NCBI GenBank assembly: GCA_016206155.1
Contig: JACQSC010000002.1
Location: 15,473-79,472 of the forward strand
Origin: Candidatus Uhrbacteria bacterium
GTDB taxonomy: Bacteria > Patescibacteriota > Patescibacteriia > JACQRZ01
Length of the DNA: 64,000 nt
Direction of reading: 5' to 3'
In this document: positions 40,797 to 48,865 of the stretch, in pieces
Layout of the letters: each line of letters opens with the position of its first letter
Numbering within the stretch: position 1 is the stretch's first letter
Made by a program: the position numbers and the translations under genes
The notes under the pieces: model-generated
What the model was told of the DNA's origin: nothing
What the model saw: the letters and a program-made list of their open reading frames with translations, nothing else
Database searches by the model: none

Positions 40797-40884
40797 CGTT
40801 CTTTCTGGTGCCCTCAAGGTTTCAGATCCATTTCAGAGAAGAAACGAATCTACATATCCTGAGGCCACCGTACATGAATAATTG

Positions 40885-41400
40885 TTATCTTCGCTGTCTC
40901 GTGGGTAATAAATATTTTTGGGTATCTGCGGAAAGATCGGTAAAATCATCAACGTGTTCAAGAAGTTTGCTTGATGTCGTATCGCCAAAAGCAATAAGCT
41001 CAACAATGCATCCGCGATTCTCCTTGAGATAGGTCACCAATGGAATATAATCCCCATCACCAGTTGCCAGAACAACAACGTCAAGCTTGTCCGCCGATTT
41101 AATAGCATCCACGGCAAGACCGACGTCCCAATCGCCCTTTTTGCTTCCGTCGACAAAGACCTGAAGGTCTTTCATCTTCACCTCAAAACCCTGCTTGGCA
41201 AGTGCTTCAAAAAAGGTCTGCTCCTCTTGTGTCTTGGACACAACGACATACGCAATTGCGCGGATGAGCTTACGCCCAGCTGTTGCGGCTTTTAGCAGTT
41301 CTTGAAAATTAACCCTTCGATTGTAGAGATTTTTTGCCGAGTGGTACATGTTCCCAACATCAACAAATAGCCCCACTCGTTGTTCTTTGTGTTTTACCAT
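40885..41400 (-). CDS. NYN/LabA-like PIN-domain protein
   Basis: 'RVGLFVDVGNMYHSAKNL...RAIAYVV...VVVLATGDGDYIPLV' is the NYN domain pattern. Confidence 0.7.
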   Translation of the reverse strand: MVKHKEQRVGLFVDVGNMYHSAKNLYNRRVNFQELLKAATAGRKLIRAIAYVVVSKTQEEQTFFEALAKQGFEVKMKDLQVFVDGSKKGDWDVGLAVDAIKSADKLDVVVLATGDGDYIPLVTYLKENRGCIVELIAFGDTTSSKLLEHVDDFTDLSADTQKYLLPTRQRR

Positions 41401-41413
41401 TGAGCTGTATATT

Positions 41414-41583
41414 GAGAGTGGTGAAAAATATCACGTATAAGTTTCTTCCGGCTCATTTCCAGCCAATGTCGCCCCAAAAATGCGCTGAACTCGTCGCCCG
41501 GCCACGGCCGGGCTTCTCATTCATCATCATTTTTGGAACGAAATTGTCATGGAACTGACCGGGAATCTATTTTTCACCACTCT
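41414..41583. mobile_element. 170 bp MITE bounded by perfect 17 bp terminal inverted repeats (gagagtggtgaaaaata / tatttttcaccactctc)
   Basis: TIRs at 41414..41430 and 41567..41583. Internal GC hairpin 'gcccggccacggccgggc'. A partial second copy lies at 58478..58550. Confidence 0.75.
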
Positions 41584-41588
41584 CATCA

Positions 41589-41939
41589 TTACGCATTGTG
41601 TTCTTCTTCCGGGATATCGGCAGCCGCGAGCATCAAGTCGACATCTTCGTCATTCTTCTTCTCCGCGAAGTCGCGCTTCTTAATTTTCAATGTCTTAACC
41701 AATTTGTCGTACCCCTGCGCATCTTCCGATGCGTAGTATCGGAGCAACCGGCGCCGTTCCCCGACTTTTTTCAGCAATCCGCGCCGAGATGACTGATCCT
41801 TCTTGTGAAGCTTCAGGTGTTCGGTCAAACGATTGATCTCTTCGGTGAGAATCGCGGCTTGCACCGGCGTGGAACCCGTGTCGTCTTTATGGGTTCCGTA
41901 TTTGGCAATAATCTTTGCCTTTGCTTTGGGATCCAGCAT
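41589..41939 (-). CDS. rpsO: 30S ribosomal protein S15 with a C-terminal acidic extension
   Basis: 'MLDPKAKAKIIAKYGTHKDDTGSTPVQAAILTEEINRLTEHLKLHKKDQSSRRGLLKKVGERRRLLRYY' is canonical S15. About 25 extra C-terminal residues. Confidence 0.85.
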   Translation of the reverse strand: MLDPKAKAKIIAKYGTHKDDTGSTPVQAAILTEEINRLTEHLKLHKKDQSSRRGLLKKVGERRRLLRYYASEDAQGYDKLVKTLKIKKRDFAEKKNDEDVDLMLAAADIPEEEHNA

Positions 41940-42043
41940 AGATCTCCTTTCGCCTCATGTCCAGTATGCTCTTTTGTGAGAGGCACACCGATTCATGCGC
42001 ATTATATATAATGTAAGCAGTATAGCAAAAGAGAGCGAAAAAG

Positions 42044-43000
42044 TCAATGGGTCTGCTGTACCAGAAACGAAATGCACTCGCTCAAACTTGCGTCCCAGTC
42101 GTGGATCGCCACGCCGAACGTATGTTGAATTTTTTTTGTTGAAAGGACGCTATATGCCGGACGTGTGACCTTGGTTGGATATTCCGATGCGGGAATGGGC
42201 TTGATCTCGCATGACAACCCTGCCAAGTCACGGATCTTCTGCGCGAACTCAAACCAGGTGACCTCCCCGTCGTTTGCGTAATGGTATATACCGAAAGGAA
42301 ATGGGGTCTGGCTCTGTGGGGAAAACGGTGTCTGGTTCGTTTTCGCTTGCAAAAATGCACCTGACACCATTTTCCATGTGCCTGACTCCATTTTCGTGAT
42401 CATCGCAATGAGCGCGCCGGCAAGATCGCGGGCGTAGGTCGGACTCCCATACTGGTCTGCGACAACGGGTAATGACTCCTGCTCCTCGCAAAGACGCACT
42501 ATCGTTTTAACAAAATTACTGCCGTACGACGAATAGAGCCAAGAGGTGCGGACAATAAAACTTTTAGGGCATACTTCTTGAACCGCCAACTCCCCTTCAT
42601 ATTTTGATCGTGCGTATGCTCCCAGCGGATGCGGCTCATCATCTTCGGTGTATGGCACGGTTTTTTTCCCATCGAACACAAAGTCGGTCGAGATATGGAA
42701 AAGAATCGTGCTATTCTTTGCGCATGAGCGTGCGATGTTCTCAGCGCCCAGTACATTGACTGCGTGCGCAAGCGATTGTTCATCCTCCGCTTTTTCAACG
42801 TTCGTGTATGCGGCAGTGTTGATGCAATAATCTGGTTTGTGTTCATCAAAAAATTTCAGCACGGCATCCGCGTCAGTAATATCAAGCTCGTCGCGATCAA
42901 CAAAAGTAAAAATGTCATCCCGGCGCAGGCCGGGATCCAGACAAATTTTTTTTAGCTCTGACCCGAGCTGTCCATTTGCGCCGGTGACAAGGAGTCTCAT
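42044..43000 (-). CDS. rfbD: dTDP-4-dehydrorhamnose reductase
   Basis: 'MRLLVTGANGQLGSEL' Rossmann start and RmlD layout. Contains the in-frame palindromic insertion encoding 'LDPGLRRDDI'. Confidence 0.85.
   Translation of the reverse strand: MRLLVTGANGQLGSELKKICLDPGLRRDDIFTFVDRDELDITDADAVLKFFDEHKPDYCINTAAYTNVEKAEDEQSLAHAVNVLGAENIARSCAKNSTILFHISTDFVFDGKKTVPYTEDDEPHPLGAYARSKYEGELAVQEVCPKSFIVRTSWLYSSYGSNFVKTIVRLCEEQESLPVVADQYGSPTYARDLAGALIAMITKMESGTWKMVSGAFLQAKTNQTPFSPQSQTPFPFGIYHYANDGEVTWFEFAQKIRDLAGLSCEIKPIPASEYPTKVTRPAYSVLSTKKIQHTFGVAIHDWDASLSECISFLVQQTH
42914..42942. repeat. 29 bp GC-rich palindromic repeat 'gtcatcccggcgcaggccgggatccagac' inserted in-frame in rfbD
   Basis: Same family as 21497..21525 and 25142..25206. 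Confidence 0.8.
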
Positions 43001-43533
43001 AGTTCTGCCAATGTTTTCCACGCGAGATCTTTTTCCGCGACAATGATTTCCTCGCGAGGCAAGCGCCAATCGATGGCAAGCGTTGGGTCGTCAAAGCTAA
43101 TACCACTTTCACTTTCCTTGTTATAGTAGTTGCTGCATTTGTAAAAAAACTCTGCTCCCTCGCGGCTCAATACCAGAAACCCGTGGCAGAATCCCACGGG
43201 CGCAAAAAGCTGTTTTTTATTTTCTGCCGAAAGCTCAACCGCGACATGATTTCCGTATGTCGGCGAGTCCTTTCGAATATCGACAACAACATCAAGGACA
43301 ACACCGGACAATACCCGAACAAGTTTTGCTTGTGCGTGCGGTTCACGCTGAAAATGCATTCCGCGCAAAATCCCGTACTTCGACCACGATTGATTTTCTT
43401 GCACGAAATGAACGCCTGCTTTTTGAAAAAATTCGTCTTCAAGAAATGACTCAAAAAAATACCCGCGCGCGTCCTGAAAAATCTGGGGCTCAATAATCAA
43501 TACTCCGTGAATTGAGGTTTTTGTGTAGGTCAT
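42997..43533 (-). CDS. rfbC: dTDP-4-dehydrorhamnose 3,5-epimerase
   Basis: 'IEPQIFQDARGYFFESF' and 'GMHFQ...AQAKLVRVLSGVVLDVVVDIR' cupin motifs of RmlC. Overlaps rfbD by 4 nt. Confidence 0.85.
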   Translation of the reverse strand: MTYTKTSIHGVLIIEPQIFQDARGYFFESFLEDEFFQKAGVHFVQENQSWSKYGILRGMHFQREPHAQAKLVRVLSGVVLDVVVDIRKDSPTYGNHVAVELSAENKKQLFAPVGFCHGFLVLSREGAEFFYKCSNYYNKESESGISFDDPTLAIDWRLPREEIIVAEKDLAWKTLAEL

Positions 43534-43534
43534 A

Positions 43535-43816
43535 CTACACCAGTGCTCCGAATCGTTTATATATTTTGTCACGGGGCCCAATTGCTCGAATAGTCAACGT
43601 TCTCATTTCTGTCTCGACTGTGTAAATGACCCGTGCGTCCCCTATTCGTAATTTAAAATATCCGCGCAATACATTACTTAATGGAAGCGGGAGTGTTCTA
43701 TCGAAATTTTCCTCGAGCCATTCAAATTTTTCAATAATGCGATCCTGTATTCGCTCGTCAAATTTTTTGAGATCATCTTCTGCCCCATCAATGAAAACAA
43801 TACTCCATAAAGGCAT
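43535..43816 (-). CDS. type II toxin, RelE/ParE family
   Basis: 'LRGYFKLRIGDARVIYTVETEMRTLTIRAIGPR' is typical of ParE/RelE. Confidence 0.7.
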   Translation of the reverse strand: MPLWSIVFIDGAEDDLKKFDERIQDRIIEKFEWLEENFDRTLPLPLSNVLRGYFKLRIGDARVIYTVETEMRTLTIRAIGPRDKIYKRFGALV

Positions 43817-43817
43817 A

Positions 43818-44030
43818 CTATGCTGTCCTTGCTTTTAGTCGCCTTTTTACTTCTCTGAGAGAAATGGTTTTTTGGGGCTTCTTTGCAAGACGTTTTTGAA
43901 CCCATGGCTGCAGTTCACAAAAATATTCCTGGTCCATCAAAATTTCGCGCATCGTACTTGCAACGGTTTCCGCAACGGTCACTTGAATTTTTTTTGTCAG
44001 AGTCGCAGGATCTAATTGAAGCGAGGGCAT
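43818..44030 (-). CDS. putative antitoxin, upstream partner of the RelE/ParE toxin
   Basis: Small ORF ending 2 nt before the toxin start on the same strand. Start placed at MPSLQL. No family motif recognised. Confidence 0.4.
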   Translation of the reverse strand: MPSLQLDPATLTKKIQVTVAETVASTMREILMDQEYFCELQPWVQKRLAKKPQKTISLREVKRRLKARTA

Positions 44031-44080
44031 AAAAATGCATGATAAGTATACAATTACTCTATCGAATTGTTGTAAAAATG

Positions 44081-45166
44081 TCAAAACGATGTACAAGACG
44101 CATACATAGGTAACACTTTTGATAGTTCAAGAGGTGGTTTGTAGTTCAGCGATTGATGAGGGCGTCTGAAGTTGTACTCAATCAGCCATTCAGTCAGATC
44201 TCTGTTAAAGATCAATGGGTCAGGATCGAACCCCTTCATCTCAATGAACTCTTCCTGCAGAGTTCTGTTGAATCGTTCATTGTTCGGATTGTCTTTTGGC
44301 GTGTGTACTCTGCTGTAGTATTGTTCAATGCCGAGTTCCAGGCACGCGGCCTTAAAGTATTTCTCAAACTCTGTTCCATTGTCGTGGCCGACTCGTGGAA
44401 TCTGTCCGTCAAGGAGGTAGTGGAGGCGCAGTAGAAAATCCTCACCATTCTTTGAGCTCTTGGACGTGTACATTCGCGCAAAGGCCACCTTGCCATACTT
44501 GTCGACAGCCGTGAAGATATATCGTTTCAATCCATGCCAGTATATCACGATCGTATCAAGGCAGATAATGTAGCCGGCTCTTTTCTGCCAGGGCAGGATG
44601 TTCTTCACAAGATCAATGGTCTTTTTCTTTTTCTGTGCTTTTCTTCGTTTTGCTTGTATTCTCTTGTTTTTTGAGGGTTTGTAGTAGAGCTTGAAGTCTG
44701 TAATAACGCACTGGATTTTCCATGAAGAAATTGTCTCTCCATAGGTTTGCTCATAGATTTCTTTGAGCTTCATTTTGCCATAGCGCATGTTGGACTTTCT
44801 GGGGGCTATGATACGTTCTAAAACGTCTGGGGCGATTGTACGGCCTCGTTTTTTCCTTGGAGAGCGTGATTTGTCCTCAAGGAGGTGGAGAGTGTAGAGA
44901 TTTCGCTCGTCAAAGAGTTTGAACCATTTGTAGAAGGTTTTTCCCGGGATGCCAAAGTGCCGGCAGGCTAATGAGGCGTTTCCCTCGTGTTCGTAGTACC
45001 AGATGATCCAGTCAAGGCGCTGTTTTGCTTTCTTTGAAACCTTGAGGATGTCTGCGACGCGTCTCCAGCGCTCATATTTGTCCAAAAGAGTATGGCGGTA
45101 GTAAGGGAAGTGCTTGAAAAGATCTTCAAGGCGCAATTTCTCTGGGGTATGGTATGCTGTTTGCAT
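44081..45166 (-). CDS. DDE transposase with an integrase (rve) core and an N-terminal HTH
   Basis: 'TAVDKYGKVAFARMYTSKSSKNG...GHDNGTEFEKY...YSRVHTPKDNPNNERFNRTLQEEF' is a DDE rve core. Single ORF of about 360 aa with an HTH N-terminus, as in IS481 members. Confidence 0.8.
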   Translation of the reverse strand: MQTAYHTPEKLRLEDLFKHFPYYRHTLLDKYERWRRVADILKVSKKAKQRLDWIIWYYEHEGNASLACRHFGIPGKTFYKWFKLFDERNLYTLHLLEDKSRSPRKKRGRTIAPDVLERIIAPRKSNMRYGKMKLKEIYEQTYGETISSWKIQCVITDFKLYYKPSKNKRIQAKRRKAQKKKKTIDLVKNILPWQKRAGYIICLDTIVIYWHGLKRYIFTAVDKYGKVAFARMYTSKSSKNGEDFLLRLHYLLDGQIPRVGHDNGTEFEKYFKAACLELGIEQYYSRVHTPKDNPNNERFNRTLQEEFIEMKGFDPDPLIFNRDLTEWLIEYNFRRPHQSLNYKPPLELSKVLPMYASCTSF

Positions 45167-45250
45167 AGATGAGATGCATTATGGTAACTTAGGCTCCCTT
45201 TATTGTACCACTTCGTGGCACATCAAGGGTGTTACCGATGTATCTCATCT
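44095..45250. mobile_element. IS481-family-like insertion sequence (~1.16 kb) with ~29 bp imperfect terminal inverted repeats
   Basis: Left end 'aagacgcatacataggtaacacttttgat' against the reverse complement of the right end 'aagatgagatacatcggtaacacccttgat', matching at 24 of 29. Single transposase ORF inside. Confidence 0.65.
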
Positions 45251-45331
45251 TTTGCAGTCTTTGTACAACGGTATTGCGTATTTCGAATGAGTTTGATATA
45301 TTTACATAGTACATAATCGAACTTCGATTCT

Positions 45332-46090
45332 ATGTTGATAAAAGAAAAAGAGAAAAGGCAGGCCATTTTACTAAGAAAGCGGGGTAAAAGTTATAGCGAA
45401 ATACAAAAAGTAGTTGGCGTCTCTATGTCAAGTATAAGTTTGTGGTTGCGAAATGTTCCGCTCAGTAAGAGGCAAAAAGATCGTTTATTTCGATTAAAAG
45501 TGCGGGGGGCAAAAAATGGGGGTGGCAAAAAAAAGCACCTTCAGAGATTGTATGAATCAAAAAAAATTATAAGGTCGGCCTGGGATGAATTTCCTAAAAA
45601 AATTTCGAGTCCACTATTTTTATTAGGTGTTTCCCTTTACTGGGCGGAGGGATCAAAAGCGGACGAAAAAATGTCTCTAAGCAATTCTGATCACCTTATG
45701 ATAGAATGCTTTATGAAGTGGTTAAGAGAGGTATGCGATGTTCCTGAAAAAAAGGTGCGCGTTCATCTTCATATTCACTCGCTCCACTCAAAAAAAGGTA
45801 TAGAAAAATATTGGTCCCGCATCACACACATTCCCTTAAATCAGTTTATAAAGACCTATGTAAAAACGACTTCACTGGGACACAGAAAAAACATACTCTA
45901 TAATGGTACTTGTACTGTCAATGTCCATGATGTAACATTGTATCGAAAAATGATTGGGTGGCAATTGGGCTTACTGGAATATTTGAACCTTATTTCCCCG
46001 TCAGAGAATGAAAAAAATTGTATCATCGACCGCATCATAAAAAAAAGAACAATGAAACAGATAGCGAGCACTCTAATTGTGCGCCCATAG
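45332..46090 (+). CDS. HTH-containing protein, possibly a degenerate LAGLIDADG-type homing endonuclease
   Basis: N-terminal HTH 'KSYSEIQKVVGVSMSSISLWLRNV'. 'LLGVSLYWAEGSKAD' loosely resembles a LAGLIDADG block. The stop overlaps the tRNA-Arg 5' end by 10 nt. Confidence 0.35.
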   Translation: MLIKEKEKRQAILLRKRGKSYSEIQKVVGVSMSSISLWLRNVPLSKRQKDRLFRLKVRGAKNGGGKKKHLQRLYESKKIIRSAWDEFPKKISSPLFLLGVSLYWAEGSKADEKMSLSNSDHLMIECFMKWLREVCDVPEKKVRVHLHIHSLHSKKGIEKYWSRITHIPLNQFIKTYVKTTSLGHRKNILYNGTCTVNVHDVTLYRKMIGWQLGLLEYLNLISPSENEKNCIIDRIIKKRTMKQIASTLIVRP

Positions 46091-46152
46091 CTCAAGGGAT
46101 AGAGCATTAGCCTTCTAAGCTAAGTATCTAGGTTCGAGTCCTAGTGGGCGCA
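46081..46152 (+). tRNA. tRNA-Arg (anticodon TCT)
   Basis: Acceptor GCGCCCA/TGGGCGC, anticodon stem TTAGC/GCTAA, loop CTTCTAA, T-loop GGTTCGAGTCC. Confidence 0.85.
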
Positions 46153-46167
46153 AATACTATAACGTCT

Positions 46168-46521
46168 ATGCAAACAACAGTCCTTGTCATCATCGCAATC
46201 GCAAGCGGCGCAATCGGGAATCTTCTCATTAAACTCTCTGCGAAAGATATTCCCCAGAGCATCACGCTTGAGGCCTTTGGTAAAATGGCGACAAACCCAA
46301 CACTCCTCCTTGGGATCCTTTTTCTTGCCGGAAGCTTTCCGGTATATGCGATGGTGCTTCAACGCCTTCCCTTGAGTTTCGGATTCCCGCTCGTGCAAAA
46401 CCTCGCATTCGTCACGCTCCTTGTCCTGTCGTATTTCTTCTTGCGCGAACAATTGACCTTCATCAATTTTCTTGGTATACTCCTTCTCATTGTCGGGCTT
46501 TTCTTGGCGGCGGCAAAGTAA
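46168..46521 (+). CDS. small multidrug-resistance (SMR/EamA-like, 4-TM) family membrane protein
   Basis: About 117 aa with four TM helices, resembling ArnE/ArnF-type SMR proteins. Confidence 0.5.
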   Translation: MQTTVLVIIAIASGAIGNLLIKLSAKDIPQSITLEAFGKMATNPTLLLGILFLAGSFPVYAMVLQRLPLSFGFPLVQNLAFVTLLVLSYFFLREQLTFINFLGILLLIVGLFLAAAK

Positions 46522-46528
46522 AAATTTA

Positions 46529-46604
46529 TGGTGGGCGTAGTGTAACGGTTCGCACACGACTCTGTGAAAGTCGGAGTGGGAGTTCAAGTCTCCTCGCTCA
46601 CCCC
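46529..46604 (+). tRNA. tRNA-His (anticodon GTG) with encoded G-1 and CCA
   Basis: Extra 5' G paired to discriminator C, anticodon stem CGACT/AGTCG, loop CTGTGAA. Confidence 0.85.
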
Positions 46605-47549
46605 ATGAAATCATCTCCCTCGCGGGAGGTGTTTTTATTTATGCCGTCAGGTATACTGCTTATATTATTATGCTTTTTTATGCTTTGGTTTCCCTTTGCA
46701 CTCTTTAGCGCCGTCATTCTTGCTTCGCGGCGCACCTACGAAAAGAATCTTACGAACTCCTTTGGAAACTTTTCCATGGGATTTATTGTACAGTCCTTTT
46801 CGCTATTGCCGACACTCGTACTCTTTTTCTTTTTCCCTATTCCTGATGACTTCCTGCATCTACCTTGGCAATTCTGGTGGCCGCTTTTGATTATCTGGTT
46901 TGTTCTCTATCCTATTCAAACGTACTTCTTGTACCGCGGGCTCCGTGAGGGAGAACTTTCTCAAACCGTTCCGATCATGGCTCTCATGCCCGTCTTTAAC
47001 TTGGCTTCATCGTTTCTGTTGCTTGGCGAGCGCCCCTCGCTTATGGGGATGGTCGGCATTGGGATCATTGTTCTGGGAACCTATCTTCTCCTTATGGAGG
47101 GCACACAAAAGGAACACGGAAAGCGCTACAATAAAGCGGTGATGTATACAATCATCGCGACATTCTGCGTTGCAATAGGATCGACGCTTGATAAAATTTC
47201 AATCAATGTATCAACGCCGGTCTTTTACAGTTTTATGAATACGCTTGGTGCGTCGGTTGTCTTTCTTGTTCTGATGAATATCTATCGTCAGCGCGATGAT
47301 ATCCCAAAGATGCTTCAACGATTCTGGCCATTTACGATCCTTGGCATCTTTCAGGCGCTTCTCTATACGGCAAAAATGCTCGCCTTCTCCTTCGGACCAA
47401 CTTCCTATGTTGTTGCGGTTCTCTCGTCAAGCTTTCTTTTTGCCGCGCTCTTTGGTATCATCTTTTTGAAAGAGAAATGCACAATACGCAAAATGTCATC
47501 CTTTGGACTATTTGTTTTTGGAATTATTTTGATTACGGTCACCCGTTAA
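46605..47549 (+). CDS. EamA/DMT-superfamily 10-TM transporter
   Basis: Two repeated 5-TM halves, drug/metabolite transporter-like. The start may be the internal Met at 46641. Confidence 0.55.
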   Translation: MKSSPSREVFLFMPSGILLILLCFFMLWFPFALFSAVILASRRTYEKNLTNSFGNFSMGFIVQSFSLLPTLVLFFFFPIPDDFLHLPWQFWWPLLIIWFVLYPIQTYFLYRGLREGELSQTVPIMALMPVFNLASSFLLLGERPSLMGMVGIGIIVLGTYLLLMEGTQKEHGKRYNKAVMYTIIATFCVAIGSTLDKISINVSTPVFYSFMNTLGASVVFLVLMNIYRQRDDIPKMLQRFWPFTILGIFQALLYTAKMLAFSFGPTSYVVAVLSSSFLFAALFGIIFLKEKCTIRKMSSFGLFVFGIILITVTR

Positions 47550-47600
47550 GACACTGTAACAAAAATCATACTATTCCCCAATTTTCTGAATTTTGATGTA

Positions 47601-47701
47601 TGCGGCAATCGGGATTTGAACCCGAATAGCCCCCGTTTCCTCAACTGACCACCTCCCCCAGTGAGGCATTAAAGGGGCATTCTGCCTTGAATCATTGCCG
47701 C
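47601..47701 (-). ncRNA. atypical 101 nt tRNA-like gene (possible intron-containing tRNA or pseudo-tRNA)
   Basis: Perfect 7 bp acceptor GCGGCAA/TTGCCGC, D-arm ATTC/GAAT, T-arm TCGGG-TTCAAAT-CCCGA. A 5 bp helix GCCCC/GGGGC is separated by 40 nt, read here as an anticodon loop plus a ~33 nt insert. Confidence 0.4.
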
Positions 47702-47768
47702 TTTATTCGTGTCTATGATAGTAAGACGCAACAAGAGACGAAAATGTTACACCGTGCTATACTCTTGG

Positions 47769-48467
47769 CATGACCGACGAAGAGAAGAAACAATCAGATA
47801 AAGCAAAACTTTTTATCGCGCAGCATAAAGCGCTGCTCATTCAGATATTTGCAGATCCAGCGATGTATATTGCAGATGCTCGGCCTGTTTCGCTGTTCAT
47901 GGCAGGATCGCCGGCGCAGGAAAGACAGAGATTTCCAAAAGGTTGACCAAGAGATTTCAAGTCAAACCGGTTCGTATTGATGCAGATGATATTCGTGAAT
48001 TTGTTCCCTGATATACCGGCGAGAATTCATTCATTTTTCAAGCGGCCGCAACTCGTGGCATTCACATTCTCTATGATCACGTTTTAAAATATCATTTTAA
48101 TGTCATTCTCGATGCAACGTTTGCATATAATGAAGCGCTCGTGAATGTGGAACGCTCATTAAAGCGGGATAGAAAAGTTGAAATTTATTACATCTACCAA
48201 AATCCTCAAATTGCATGGGAGCTCACGAAAAAACGCGAGGCAGTTGAGCACCGTTTTGTATCTCGAGAGGTGTTTATCAATGCTTTTGTCGCATCTCGTG
48301 CAAATGCCAACCAGGCGAAGAGAGCTTTTAAGAATTCTATCGAACTAAATCTTATCATCAAGGACGTTCGGCAAAATACCGAGCAAATTTTTTCAGATAT
48401 TTCTTTAGTTGACGATTATCTGCCAAGAATATATACTAAGGATGAACTAGAGAAAATTGTTCTATGA
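47769..48467 (+). pseudogene. zeta-toxin-family P-loop kinase, disrupted by at least two frameshifts
   Basis: Three frames together give 'MAGSP|GAGKTEISKRLTKRFQVKPVRIDADDIREFVP|YTGENSFIFQAAATRGIHILYDHV...'. The Walker A is split between frames. Confidence 0.6.
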
Positions 48468-48725
48468 TAAAAAATCTACTACAATCACTAAAGGGAGGAA
48501 AAAAAGTAAAGAGCGATTTTTCAACTTTTTTCCGTGAAGCGTCCCGGGAGCAAAAAGAAAAGCTCCTTCTTGAAGTTGCCCATGAGGCAAATCAAGATCA
48601 GCGCCAGATTCTTGAACGCTACGATAAATTGCAGGCGAAGAACACTTCCTGACATACCTGTAACAAAATGCCGGCCTTTTACGTCTTATATTGAATGAGG
48701 ATGAGATCCTCATTTTTTAATCTCT

Positions 48726-48865
48726 ATGCCCCGCACTTAACTCTGATTGGTGCCATGGAATCTCCACATTTATGATCACGATTAACAACTATAATTCATC
48801 ATTACTCGCTTCGTCTTCCTGTTCGTGTCACAGCATGAGGATAATCGGAGTTAAGTGCGGGGTAT
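48726..48865. promoter_or_regulatory. 23 bp inverted repeat with a 94 nt spacer, overlapping the ABC exporter start (long stem-loop or miniature element)
   Basis: 'atgccccgcacttaactctgatt' (48726..48748) against 'aatcggagttaagtgcggggtat' (48843..48865), 22 of 23 complementary. Confidence 0.5.

Noticed and set aside
46605-46640. Transporter start codon abutting the tRNA-His 3' end
   Set aside because: An ORF start 1 nt after a tRNA is unlikely. The internal Met at 46641 is the more plausible start.
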